NCBI GenBank assembly: GCA_015490465.1
Contig: WFXS01000042.1
Coordinates: 1-60,702, forward strand
Reading direction: 5' to 3'
DNA length: 60,702 nucleotides
Source: a candidate division WOR-3 bacterium
GTDB taxonomy: Bacteria > Hydrothermota > Hydrothermia > LBFQ01
Part shown: positions 38,635 to 46,929 of the stretch, in pieces
Position numbering within the stretch: position 1 is the first letter of the stretch
Layout of the letters: every line of letters starts with the position of its first letter
Translations under genes and position numbers: made by a program
Notes under the pieces: generated by a model
The model's input: only the letters and a program-made list of their open reading frames with translations
Databases searched by the model: none
What the model was told of the DNA's origin: nothing

Positions 38635-39624
38635 ATGCGATGTGGCCCTCGCGAACACTTCCTTTTGCCCTCGTATAATTCCTGCCGCTTGAAGGGTAGG
38701 AAACTGTTTACTAACCTAATTAAAGTTTTGCTCACTGTGGCCGCCATTTACTGGGTTTTCCGTACGACCGATATTAAAGCCGTATATCACCTGATCCTTA
38801 AGATGGACGTACTTCTGGGGCTTCTCGGCGTCCTCTTCATATTCCTTGGCCTCTCCCTGTCCGGCATACGGTGGTGGATATTCCTGCCCTACAAGGATAA
38901 GATATCCCCGTTCAGGGCGGTCTTTATAACTCTGGGGGCCCTCTTTTACGGTATGTTCCTGCCCGCCGGGGCCGGTGTGGACGCCATAAGGGGGTACTAC
39001 GCCGGTCTGGAGATAAACTCCCATTCTACAAGTTTCGCCTCCGTGTTCATAGACCGTATGGTCGGTTTCCTCGCCCTTACCACCATAGCCGTCATAGGCG
39101 TTCTCCTTGGCAGCAAACCGCTCCAACCCATCGCCCCCCTGATATTTGTGGGCTTTGTCCTGACCTTCTTCGCCTCCGTCGTTATCCTGAGCCGGAGACT
39201 GAGGCATCCCGTGGCCCGGTTGCTCGGCAGGGTACACCTCTGGGGGGTGGGAGATAAACTGGCCCGCTTCTTAATGGCGTTTGACCATTACAGGGACAAC
39301 CCGGGGAAGGTGGGGGTCGGCTTTGTGGTCTCCTTCATCATGCAAAGCCTCCTCGGTGTGGGAGCCTACTTCATAGGCAGAGGCCTCCACCTTGACCCTC
39401 CGTTTATAAAGACGGTGGTTTACACTCCCCTCGTAAACCTCATAACCATGCTTCCCGTAACCATAGGGGGGGTGGGTATCCGTGAAGGGGGGTTCATTTA
39501 TCTGCTCTCCCATGCCGTTGGTAAAACCGGGGCGGTATCCCTCTCCATCCTGTACTACTTCGGAAACATACTGGCCGCATCCCCCGGTTTCCTCTTTATA
39601 TGGCTGTCGGATAGGAAGAGGTAA
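38635..39624 (+). CDS. flippase-like / lysylphosphatidylglycerol-synthase-TM-domain (UPF0104) membrane protein
   Basis: The protein is 329 aa and polytopic. It has 'LIKVLLTVAAIYWVFRTTDIKAV' and 'LSLSGIRWWIFL', which are typical of this family. The exact start is uncertain. Confidence 0.65.
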   Translation: MRCGPREHFLLPSYNSCRLKGRKLFTNLIKVLLTVAAIYWVFRTTDIKAVYHLILKMDVLLGLLGVLFIFLGLSLSGIRWWIFLPYKDKISPFRAVFITLGALFYGMFLPAGAGVDAIRGYYAGLEINSHSTSFASVFIDRMVGFLALTTIAVIGVLLGSKPLQPIAPLIFVGFVLTFFASVVILSRRLRHPVARLLGRVHLWGVGDKLARFLMAFDHYRDNPGKVGVGFVVSFIMQSLLGVGAYFIGRGLHLDPPFIKTVVYTPLVNLITMLPVTIGGVGIREGGFIYLLSHAVGKTGAVSLSILYYFGNILAASPGFLFIWLSDRKR

Positions 39625-39676
39625 TGCTATAACGGGTATTATTGTTTCATATACCTTAATTGTCATAAGTGTTTAA

Positions 39677-39700
39677 ATTGCTCCGGTATACCGGAGCAAT
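39677..39700. other. perfect 10-bp-stem hairpin/palindrome at the core-island boundary
   Basis: The sequence is ATTGCTCCGG-TATA-CCGGAGCAAT. No U-tract follows on the plus strand. It lies between the end of the flippase-like gene and the R-M pair. It could be a terminator, an operator or a recombination site. Confidence 0.4.
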
Positions 39701-39933
39701 TCCGGTATCTTGACTTCCCTTTACCGGGGTGTGGTTCTGTGAGGGGGGATATCGTAGAAATGGGCAGAATGTCCGGGACAGAATACGGCGTTAAAATGAC
39801 GTGCTATGAACAGAGAGATGGAGGAGGTTGTTAAGGCATACGCGATGCTGAACACCGATGATTTCGTTTCTGAGCTTACCAAAAAGTCAAAACCCACACT
39901 AATATCAATCATATCTGATCCATATCTGATCTT

Positions 39934-40479
39934 ATGACGGCGTATATGAACGACCTGAACTCGTCCTTCCTGAGGAAACTCGTGACCGTTTCACTGGCCG
40001 GATATTCCCATATTGAGAAAAAAGTGGGATATAACGGAATGCGTCACAATACCTACGGAAAACCCGAATACTGCGAAGCCAAGCCTCAGAATGTAAGGAT
40101 CGATAGGAAGAGAAAGTTAAATGGCGGGGGAAGTTTTAACGATTACACGTGGGAGAGGTTCAGGAAGGACGAAAAGGAAGACCCCAACATACTTACAAGC
40201 GGTTTTGTTGAGGGAAAACTCGTTTTCGTTTACGAATTTCCTTTCCGCTGTATAAAGGAGCGCCTGAGAGAACAGCTAAGAAGGAGATTCCCGGATGGCG
40301 ATATACCCGGCCAGTACCTGCGTAGTGCGTCCTTTACATTCAAGCATTACAAGGATTGCCCTGCCTTAAGGCGTGTTTTTGTCGTGCCACCGTACAAACT
40401 CGTGGAATACCGAGGGTACATAACCCGACCGCTTTTTGATGCTCTGTTAAAATGGAGTAAAGAGTGTGAAAAAGTATAA
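39934..40479 (+). CDS. hypothetical protein, candidate restriction endonuclease partner of the adjacent methyltransferase
   Basis: The protein is 181 aa. Its 3' end overlaps the methyltransferase start (GTG at 40466) by 14 nt. It contains 'GKPEYCEAKPQN' (E-x-K context) but no family I can name. Confidence 0.4.
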   Translation: MTAYMNDLNSSFLRKLVTVSLAGYSHIEKKVGYNGMRHNTYGKPEYCEAKPQNVRIDRKRKLNGGGSFNDYTWERFRKDEKEDPNILTSGFVEGKLVFVYEFPFRCIKERLREQLRRRFPDGDIPGQYLRSASFTFKHYKDCPALRRVFVVPPYKLVEYRGYITRPLFDALLKWSKECEKV

Positions 40480-41335
40480 GGATCTTCTCCCCTTCCTTGA
40501 TAAAGTCGCAGAAGGGGACGTACTTGAGGTTTTAAGACAACTCCCCTCCGACAGCATAGACCTCGGCATAACCTCCCCGCCCTACAACAAGAAAGAAAAA
40601 AACAAAGGTTGGCTGGTGGATAGGGTGATATACAAGGGAGCGAGGGATAAGATGCCCGAAAAGGAGTATCAGAGGTGGCAGGTTGAGGTCCTGAACGAAC
40701 TTTACCGCGTTATAAAGCCCGGAGGTTCCTTCTTCTACAACCACAAGCTCCGCTGGGAGAGAGGCAGGATGCTCCACCCTATGGACTGGCTGCGCAGGAC
40801 AAAGTGGGTAATAAGGCAGGAGATAATCTGGGACAGGATGATAGCCGCTAACCTCAGGGGGTGGAGGTTCTGGCAGGTAGAGGAGAGGATATATTGGCTC
40901 TACAAACCGAAAGGCGGGGACCTCATAGGTGAGGAATTAGAGTCCCGCCACGCCCTCCTGACGTCTATATGGAGGATACCCCCGGAGAGGGATAAGAATA
41001 ACCCTCATCCGGCCCCCTTTCCTATTGCCTTGCCTACTCGGATAATTTACTCCATCTTCGGAGACGAGAGGGGGAAGGTCGTACTGGATCCCTTCTGCGG
41101 TAGCGGTACCACGTTGGTGGCAGCCAAACTCCTCGGCCACCATTACATCGGTATAGACATCTCCCCGGAGTACGTGGAGTACGCCCGCAGGCGTCTTGAG
41201 AGGGCCGAGAGAGAACGGGGGAAGGTGTTGGAGGAGATAAGTAAGCACGTCGTCCGAAAGACGTTCAAGGAGAGGAAGGAGCGAGGAGAATTTGTCGGTA
41301 GGTATCGGAAAAAGCGGAGCCTTTTTGATCTATGA
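40466..41335 (+). CDS. beta-class DNA methyltransferase (N4-cytosine or N6-adenine; N6_N4_Mtase family)
   Basis: The protein is 289 aa. Motif IV 'ITSPPYNKK' is near the N-terminus and motif I 'VLDPFCGSGTTLVAA' is near the C-terminus. That is the circularly permuted beta order. The SPPY form favours m4C. Confidence 0.88.
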   Translation: MKKYKDLLPFLDKVAEGDVLEVLRQLPSDSIDLGITSPPYNKKEKNKGWLVDRVIYKGARDKMPEKEYQRWQVEVLNELYRVIKPGGSFFYNHKLRWERGRMLHPMDWLRRTKWVIRQEIIWDRMIAANLRGWRFWQVEERIYWLYKPKGGDLIGEELESRHALLTSIWRIPPERDKNNPHPAPFPIALPTRIIYSIFGDERGKVVLDPFCGSGTTLVAAKLLGHHYIGIDISPEYVEYARRRLERAERERGKVLEEISKHVVRKTFKERKERGEFVGRYRKKRSLFDL

Positions 41336-41430
41336 TTAGCCACATTTGCCCCACCGTATTATAGAATAGTTCATTCCTGTTTTTAGAAGCAGAGTTCCAT
41401 TCATCTACATCGCCAGGTCCCCCGTCAGTA

Positions 41431-41859
41431 TTATGAAATTTCAATTTTATCGCCACATTTTATCATATAGATCTTATGTTTTCTGAGTTCGCGTCCGTAG
41501 CTGTCCATAAATTCCTTACTTCCTCTGGAGTATACAAGGATTCTCTTAATTTTAGCATTCGGCCCAAAGCAGTGTTTTACATCATAAGTGCTGCCAAGTA
41601 GTTGAAGTATAGGCTTCCTATCGTTGGGTTTCTCTTTGATTTCAATAAGGATATACTGTTCGCTTTTCTTTACAATTACAACACAATCACAGGCCTTTTT
41701 GTTAGGTCGTCCCGGCGCCTTAACGGTATTCCTTAAACATTCTCCTTTCAAGATGATAATAGACTTGGAAGAAATACTAAGTTTCACTTTACATTTACCT
41801 TCTTCACAGCTTTTAATTTTACATTTATGTAGGTTCTTGATGGTGCAATTACCGCTCAT
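41431..41859 (-). CDS. small Cys-rich protein with a PD-(D/E)xK-like motif (candidate nuclease effector)
   Basis: The protein is 142 aa from the ATG at 41859, or 151 aa from the TTG at 41886. It has nine Cys. The segment 'ACDCVVIVKKSEQYILIEIKEK' gives D67...E82-x-K84 in track numbering. It overlaps the upstream ATPase gene by 11-38 nt. It is very AT-rich. Confidence 0.4.
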   Translation of the reverse strand: MSGNCTIKNLHKCKIKSCEEGKCKVKLSISSKSIIILKGECLRNTVKAPGRPNKKACDCVVIVKKSEQYILIEIKEKPNDRKPILQLLGSTYDVKHCFGPNAKIKRILVYSRGSKEFMDSYGRELRKHKIYMIKCGDKIEIS

Positions 41860-43072
41860 GCTCCTTTGTTGATTTGAGTTCCTCAATTTCCTCCATCATG
41901 TCAATGGTTTCGTTATGGAGCTCCACAAGAATATCCGTAAACTCGTCTTCACTTACTCCATCCTCCATAACTTCCAGGTCCTTTATGACCGAACGCTTCC
42001 CGCTCTTTTCAAATAGGTATACCCCGACCTTCTCCGGAGGGATGTTAGGACGATCTAACCTCCCGGCTGTGTTTCTCAAAATGAGGTGGTTGAGTATAGA
42101 GATGATGTAATCACTGTGGGTGGTAATGATGAATTTATACCCTTCCCTTACAAGGAAAGCGATAAACTCCATAAGTTCCTTCTGGGCGCCGGGATGGAGG
42201 GAAAGTTCAGGCTCCTCCACTATGAACATCGTTCCCTTAGGCAGATATGCGAACAGGTAATAGAAAGGTAATAGTTGTTTCAAACCTGAAGATAGGGAGC
42301 TGCGGCTCAACTTCTTTCTCCCGTACTTGAAAACCCATCTTCGTAATTTTGGACTGTAAGATACTTTTACATCCGCTATGTTCAGTATCTGATAAGCGAA
42401 CGCAGAGATAGATCCTTTGGATCTTGCAACGTAATCCATGGAATCTCGTAAAACTTTCCTGAATTCTCTGTAAAGTATGGCATTAGATGGAAGATCCAGA
42501 ATATCCATAAATTCAAATATATAACCTCTGTGTTCCGGCACATAGACTACGTCCTCATCCGACATTATTCTATAAAAGTATGACAAAATTTTTAAGTTAT
42601 TCTTATCCCTAAGGTACTCTTTGCCGGAATAGTAAGCAACGAACTTCAAATACTCCTTGAAATCACTCTTATTAACAGGTTTAAATGCGATCTCATTCTT
42701 AGTTCCCAGCCTGAGGTTAAACTTATCCGTTTCCACGTATATATTTTCAAAGTTAGATATCTCATCACCAAGAATACCCACGATATCCCTTCTGACTTCG
42801 TCCATAATCCATCTCTTGGCCTCTTCCTGCCCTCCGGCTATATACGGTATTACCGCATCCTCGTACTCTAACGCATAGCGTATTACAGATTTCCCCAAGA
42901 AATCCATAGGTTTCATAAGGAACCTTGTAAGAGCGTAGTACAGTTTAGCAATAAGGGACTTTCCGGAGGAGTTGGGACCTATGAAAACCGTTAAGGGTTT
43001 GAACTCAACTCTTCCCTCTTTAACAGGACCAAACCTACGAATTTCCAGACTTCTTATAAAAGGACGGGCCAT
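41849..43072 (-). CDS. ABC/OLD-type (AAA_15/AAA_21-like) ATPase without a fused nuclease domain
   Basis: The protein is 407 aa. It has Walker A 'GPNSSGKS', ABC signature 'LSSGLKQ', Walker B 'MFIVEEPELSLHP' and H-loop 'ITTHSD'. A long helical insert separates Walker A from the signature. Confidence 0.8.
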   Translation of the reverse strand: MARPFIRSLEIRRFGPVKEGRVEFKPLTVFIGPNSSGKSLIAKLYYALTRFLMKPMDFLGKSVIRYALEYEDAVIPYIAGGQEEAKRWIMDEVRRDIVGILGDEISNFENIYVETDKFNLRLGTKNEIAFKPVNKSDFKEYLKFVAYYSGKEYLRDKNNLKILSYFYRIMSDEDVVYVPEHRGYIFEFMDILDLPSNAILYREFRKVLRDSMDYVARSKGSISAFAYQILNIADVKVSYSPKLRRWVFKYGRKKLSRSSLSSGLKQLLPFYYLFAYLPKGTMFIVEEPELSLHPGAQKELMEFIAFLVREGYKFIITTHSDYIISILNHLILRNTAGRLDRPNIPPEKVGVYLFEKSGKRSVIKDLEVMEDGVSEDEFTDILVELHNETIDMMEEIEELKSTKEHER

Positions 43073-43118
43073 ATGGAGGATATTGTACAGGGGATGGATC
43101 CTGTAAGTAGGCTGCCCT

Positions 43119-43640
43119 TTATCCCCCTTTCAGATTGAGATTCTCCGCAAGTTTATAGAACAGTTCCTCCCTGTTTTCAAGGGTTATCAGGATGGGCCGG
43201 AAGGTTCTCCTTATCCTCCTTACAAGAGGGTGAACGTCCTTTATAGGTACTGTGGCCAGAACCCTTATGTTCCTCCGAAAGGCTATCCCCTCAACCACCC
43301 TGACGAACCTATCACTGAAGAGCTCCATTTTACCTATTTCGTCCACAAGTACGATCTCTGGACAGAGAGGTAAGCACGACTCAAGCACGGGTACAACCAC
43401 CTCCTCAAACCCCCGGACGTTCACCCCGTACTTCCCCACCCTGTAGGGACTCTCAAAATCTACGTGGGCAAGAATACCTTCCTTCCCTTCCGTCGTTATC
43501 ACCTTAAACCCCACCCTCCTTCCCCTCTCCCTTATCTCCTCCGTCCAGAAACCCCTGAACCTTTCAGGAGCGAGAGCGTACAACCTCTTAATCAGGGTAG
43601 TTTTTCCTACGCCCGGTTTACCCGTAACGAATACCTTCAA
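43119..43640 (-). CDS. THEP1-like nucleoside-triphosphatase
   Basis: The protein is 173 aa. It has 'MKVFVTGKPGVGKTTLIKR' and Walker B 'IVLVDEIGKMEL'. The size matches Aquifex THEP1/NTPase family members. It shares a 4-nt overlap with trxB. Confidence 0.75.
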   Translation of the reverse strand: MKVFVTGKPGVGKTTLIKRLYALAPERFRGFWTEEIRERGRRVGFKVITTEGKEGILAHVDFESPYRVGKYGVNVRGFEEVVVPVLESCLPLCPEIVLVDEIGKMELFSDRFVRVVEGIAFRRNIRVLATVPIKDVHPLVRRIRRTFRPILITLENREELFYKLAENLNLKGG

Positions 43641-44623
43641 CCCCCGTGGGCCTCCAGTTCCCTTATGTACTCGTCGGCCATCATGGCGGCCACGGCACCG
43701 TCCGCTACGGCCGTAACCACCTGCCTGAGGGGTTTGACCCTGCCATCGCCGGCGACGAAGAGGCCGGGAGTCTTCGTTCTGGTGTCCTCACCCACGAGGG
43801 CAAAGCCCCTCTCGTCCAGATCAACGAAATCCTTAACTAAGTCGTTCATAGGACGGAGACCTATGTATATGAAAGCGGCGTCTACCTCAAGGAAGCTCTC
43901 CTCCCCCGTCTTCGTATCTCTTAAGCGCAGGCCTTTGAGCATCTTATCTCCCACGAACTCCACCACGACCTTGTTCAGAAGGAACTCAACGTTCGGTTTC
44001 TTCTTCATCTGCTCAACGTATATCTTCTGCGCCCGGAACTGATCCCTGCGGTGGATGAGGTAGACCTTCTTTACGATGTTGGTCAGGTACAACCCCTCGG
44101 TAAAGGCGGAGTCCCCTCCCCCTATGACTGCCACCTCTTTGCCCTTGAAAAAGGGGCCGTCGCATACTGCACAGTAGGACACACCCCTGCCCGTGAACTC
44201 CTTCTCACCCGGAACGCCGAGTTTCCTCGGCTCGGCACCTGTAGCCCATATAACGGCCTTCGCCCTGAACTCCCCTTCCGTCGTTTCCAGAACGAACTTC
44301 CCTTCCCCCTCCTTCCTTATGCGTGTCACCTCGGCGAAAACTATATGAGCGCCGAACTTCTTGGCGTGCTTCTCCATCATTTTGGCCAGCTCCGGTCCCT
44401 TTACGCTCTCTATACCGGGGTAGTTGTCAACGTCGTCCGTAACGGCTATCTGACCTCCTATGGAAAGTTTCTCAAATACGACGGTCTTCAACATGGACCT
44501 TCCGGCGTACAGGGCGGCGGTGAGTCCGGCGGGTCCTCCACCCACTATGGCCACGTCCAGGTCTCTCTCCACATCGCTCTCACCGGATATGTCCTCAAGG
44601 GTTATCTGGAACATAACCGGCAA
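43637..44623 (-). CDS. trxB: thioredoxin-disulfide reductase
   Basis: The protein is 328 aa. It has 'VAIVGGGPAGLTAALY', the redox-active 'CAVCDG', 'VIGGGDSA' and 'GLFVAGD'. Confidence 0.93.
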   Translation of the reverse strand: MPVMFQITLEDISGESDVERDLDVAIVGGGPAGLTAALYAGRSMLKTVVFEKLSIGGQIAVTDDVDNYPGIESVKGPELAKMMEKHAKKFGAHIVFAEVTRIRKEGEGKFVLETTEGEFRAKAVIWATGAEPRKLGVPGEKEFTGRGVSYCAVCDGPFFKGKEVAVIGGGDSAFTEGLYLTNIVKKVYLIHRRDQFRAQKIYVEQMKKKPNVEFLLNKVVVEFVGDKMLKGLRLRDTKTGEESFLEVDAAFIYIGLRPMNDLVKDFVDLDERGFALVGEDTRTKTPGLFVAGDGRVKPLRQVVTAVADGAVAAMMADEYIRELEAHGG

Positions 44624-44651
44624 TTATACCGGTGAAACGGGAAATATAACC

Positions 44652-46673
44652 TTACTTCCCTGCGGTTGAACCTACCTTCATTACCCTGTCTCCCACCCTT
44701 TTGGACGGTAGATCCAGAGGTATCCTGTACTTCCCCGCCGGCAGGTACCCGATATACGCCTATTCACGAGACGCCCATCACCGGAGAATACGTCGTATCC
44801 GACGTAGGCGGGACTATCCAGTACCACGACGACCCCATTCCCCTGAAGTTTGACCTTATCCGGAAGCTCAGGAGCCTCGCAAACGTCCACAACACCCGGA
44901 TCCAGTTTCACGATAACCACACCGTCGCCACCCACGGCTCCGAAGACTGTCCTTGAGGGCATGAAGTTCGTAGCCCGCGACGAGAAGCCGACGACGAATA
45001 CGCTCCCGTATCCTCCAACGGCGACCCCTACACCCCCCTCGCCGGAAGGGCCCCGCAAAGACCCGGCTCTCAACGTGGGTAGTCAGGGTTCCGTCCAATC
45101 TCGTGAGGAATATGTCCGATCCCCCCTCCGTCCCTATAACGGTCCTTGAAACCGAGTACCTTGAGGCGTTGTAGGTCGTACCGGTCACTAAGACGTCCCC
45201 ATTCCCGGCTACGGCCATACCCCCGAAGGTCACGTACATGGAATCCCCAAATACGGCCGTAGACAGGTGGGACGAAAGGTCCGGTGTAAGTCTGGTCACA
45301 AAAGGCGAGATTCTCGTCGCTGACCCGTACACGGTTCTGGAGTCGGAGAAGGTAAGTGCGGATCCCGTGGTACCGCCTACGAGAACGTTCCCGGCGCTGT
45401 CCAAAGCTACCCCTTCGGCACGGTCGGCGTCCTCGCTTGGGACGATGGCCGTGGCCACGTGGGAGTTCAGATCGTCGCCGAACTTCGTAACGAAGGCCGC
45501 CTGATAGGCGTCCAGCGTACCGAATCCCGTACGCCACGGCATAAAGTCGGATCCGTCCCCTGTCTGCCCCACCACGTAAACGTACCCCGAAGGGTCGTAA
45601 GTAAGGGCGTGGGCCGCGTCAGTTCTGCTGGACGTCAGTATGGCAGTGGCGATATGGTTGGACAGGTCTCCGCTCAACTTAGTGACGAAAGCGTTCCCGC
45701 CTTCCGGTGTGCCGAAAACCGTCCTGCCCGGAGCAAAGTCGGAAGACGACGTGCATCCGGCCACGAACACGCTGCCGCTGTCATCCGTGGCCACGGCGTG
45801 GGCCTCGTCGGAGGAACTTCCCCCGAGAATAACGGTCGCCCGGTAGGTACTCAGGCCCCCGGACAGACGGGTTATAAAGGCGTCCCTACCCCCTGCGGTT
45901 CCCAGAACCGTACGGGAAGGGGCGAAGTCGGAGGGTGAGTACGTCCACCCGGCCACCACGACGTCCCCGTCGGCCGTCAGAGTGATGGCGTTCCCCCCAT
46001 CCCGTCCACTGCTGGATAGGATAACTGTGGCCACATGGCCGGTGAGATCGGGGGTTAACTTCGTTACGAACACGTTGCTCAGGGTCTCGGATGCGGAGGG
46101 TCCCAGAAAGGTTCTGGAGGGAGCGAAGTCAAACGGGAATCTGGTCGTTCCCACGACGTACACGTACCCGCCGTTGTCCACCGCCACCCCTCCGGCTCTA
46201 TCTTTCCCGCTCCCCGATACGACGACGGTTACTACGGGGTCTATCACCAGAGTGTCCGAGGGGTCGTAATCGTTGACCATAAATCGGATCACGTTCCTCT
46301 TCATCTTCGCAGAGACGTCCACCTCCCGCGTTCCCTGAAACGCCCTGATCTCGCCTACCCTCGCGACCTTCCTTCCATCGTTGTCTTTCAAGAACTCCGC
46401 CCCCTCAACCTCAAGTCCCACCTGAGAGGAGTCCCTTCCGGGATGGACGAAGAACTGCACCTCCACCCCTCCGTTCGCCCTCGTAAGGGTGACGTCGGCC
46501 TCCTCTCCCACGAACCTCAACCTCCCGTACAGGGCGTACGCAGAAGACGTGCCACGACCGAAGAACGTAACCTTCCCCTCCGGCATTTCAGGTAACATCG
46601 TACCGTTAAGCAGAACCGTAGGCCTTGCGGTTATACCGGATATACGTACGGAAGCGTCCTTCCCCACGCTCAC
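44652..46673 (-). pseudogene. SBBP (beta-propeller) repeat surface protein with a T9SS-type C-terminus, interrupted by two compensating frameshifts
   Basis: About ten repeats follow the pattern 'D.a.avA.D..G.V.V.G.T.S.DFAP.RTV.G......FVTKL...L..H.AT'. The repeat pattern continues from track ORF 44868..46673 into ORF 44681..45073, which is in another frame; the switch is at the GGGCCCC run near 45048-45054. At about 44750-44760 the pattern returns to the first frame, giving '...GYLPAGKYRIPLDLPSKRVGDRVMKVGSTAGK*' with the stop at 44652-44654. The annotated start is GTG. The upstream in-frame extension has no canonical start. Confidence 0.6.
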
Positions 46674-46823
46674 GCCGTCCGACCACGCCGATTCACGGGC
46701 CTCACTAAGAAGAAAACCGTCCGGGAACAGGCCGAACGAATTGAGAAAAATACAAAACGTGCTATCTCCTTACCAACAATTGTACGGAAGATTTGCAAAA
46801 TTTTCACACACTCAGCAAAATAA

Positions 46824-46837
46824 TTCAAATTTTTGAA
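46824..46837. promoter_or_regulatory. inverted repeat TTCAAA-TT-TTTGAA upstream of the peroxiredoxin gene (candidate operator)
   Basis: The arms are a perfect 6 bp. The repeat sits about 95 nt upstream of the ATG at 46930, inside an AT-rich promoter region. Confidence 0.25.
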
Positions 46838-46929
46838 CAGATGGAACGAGTAAGGCTCAATAAAATCCGACTTTGCAGCTCAGGATTCACCCTTAAAATA
46901 CCTTCGCAAACCCAAAAGGAGGTAGAAAG

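Noticed and set aside
39721-39912. A 63-aa minus-strand ORF in the island's leader region.
   Set aside because: It has no motif and no SD, and it is antisense to the better-positioned 43-codon plus-strand mini-ORF. It is probably noise in AT-rich DNA.
44681-45073. A 130-aa ORF listed as a separate gene.
   Set aside because: Its sequence continues the SBBP repeat pattern of the upstream ORF. I treat it as the frameshifted middle part of one disrupted gene (44652..46673), not as an independent CDS.
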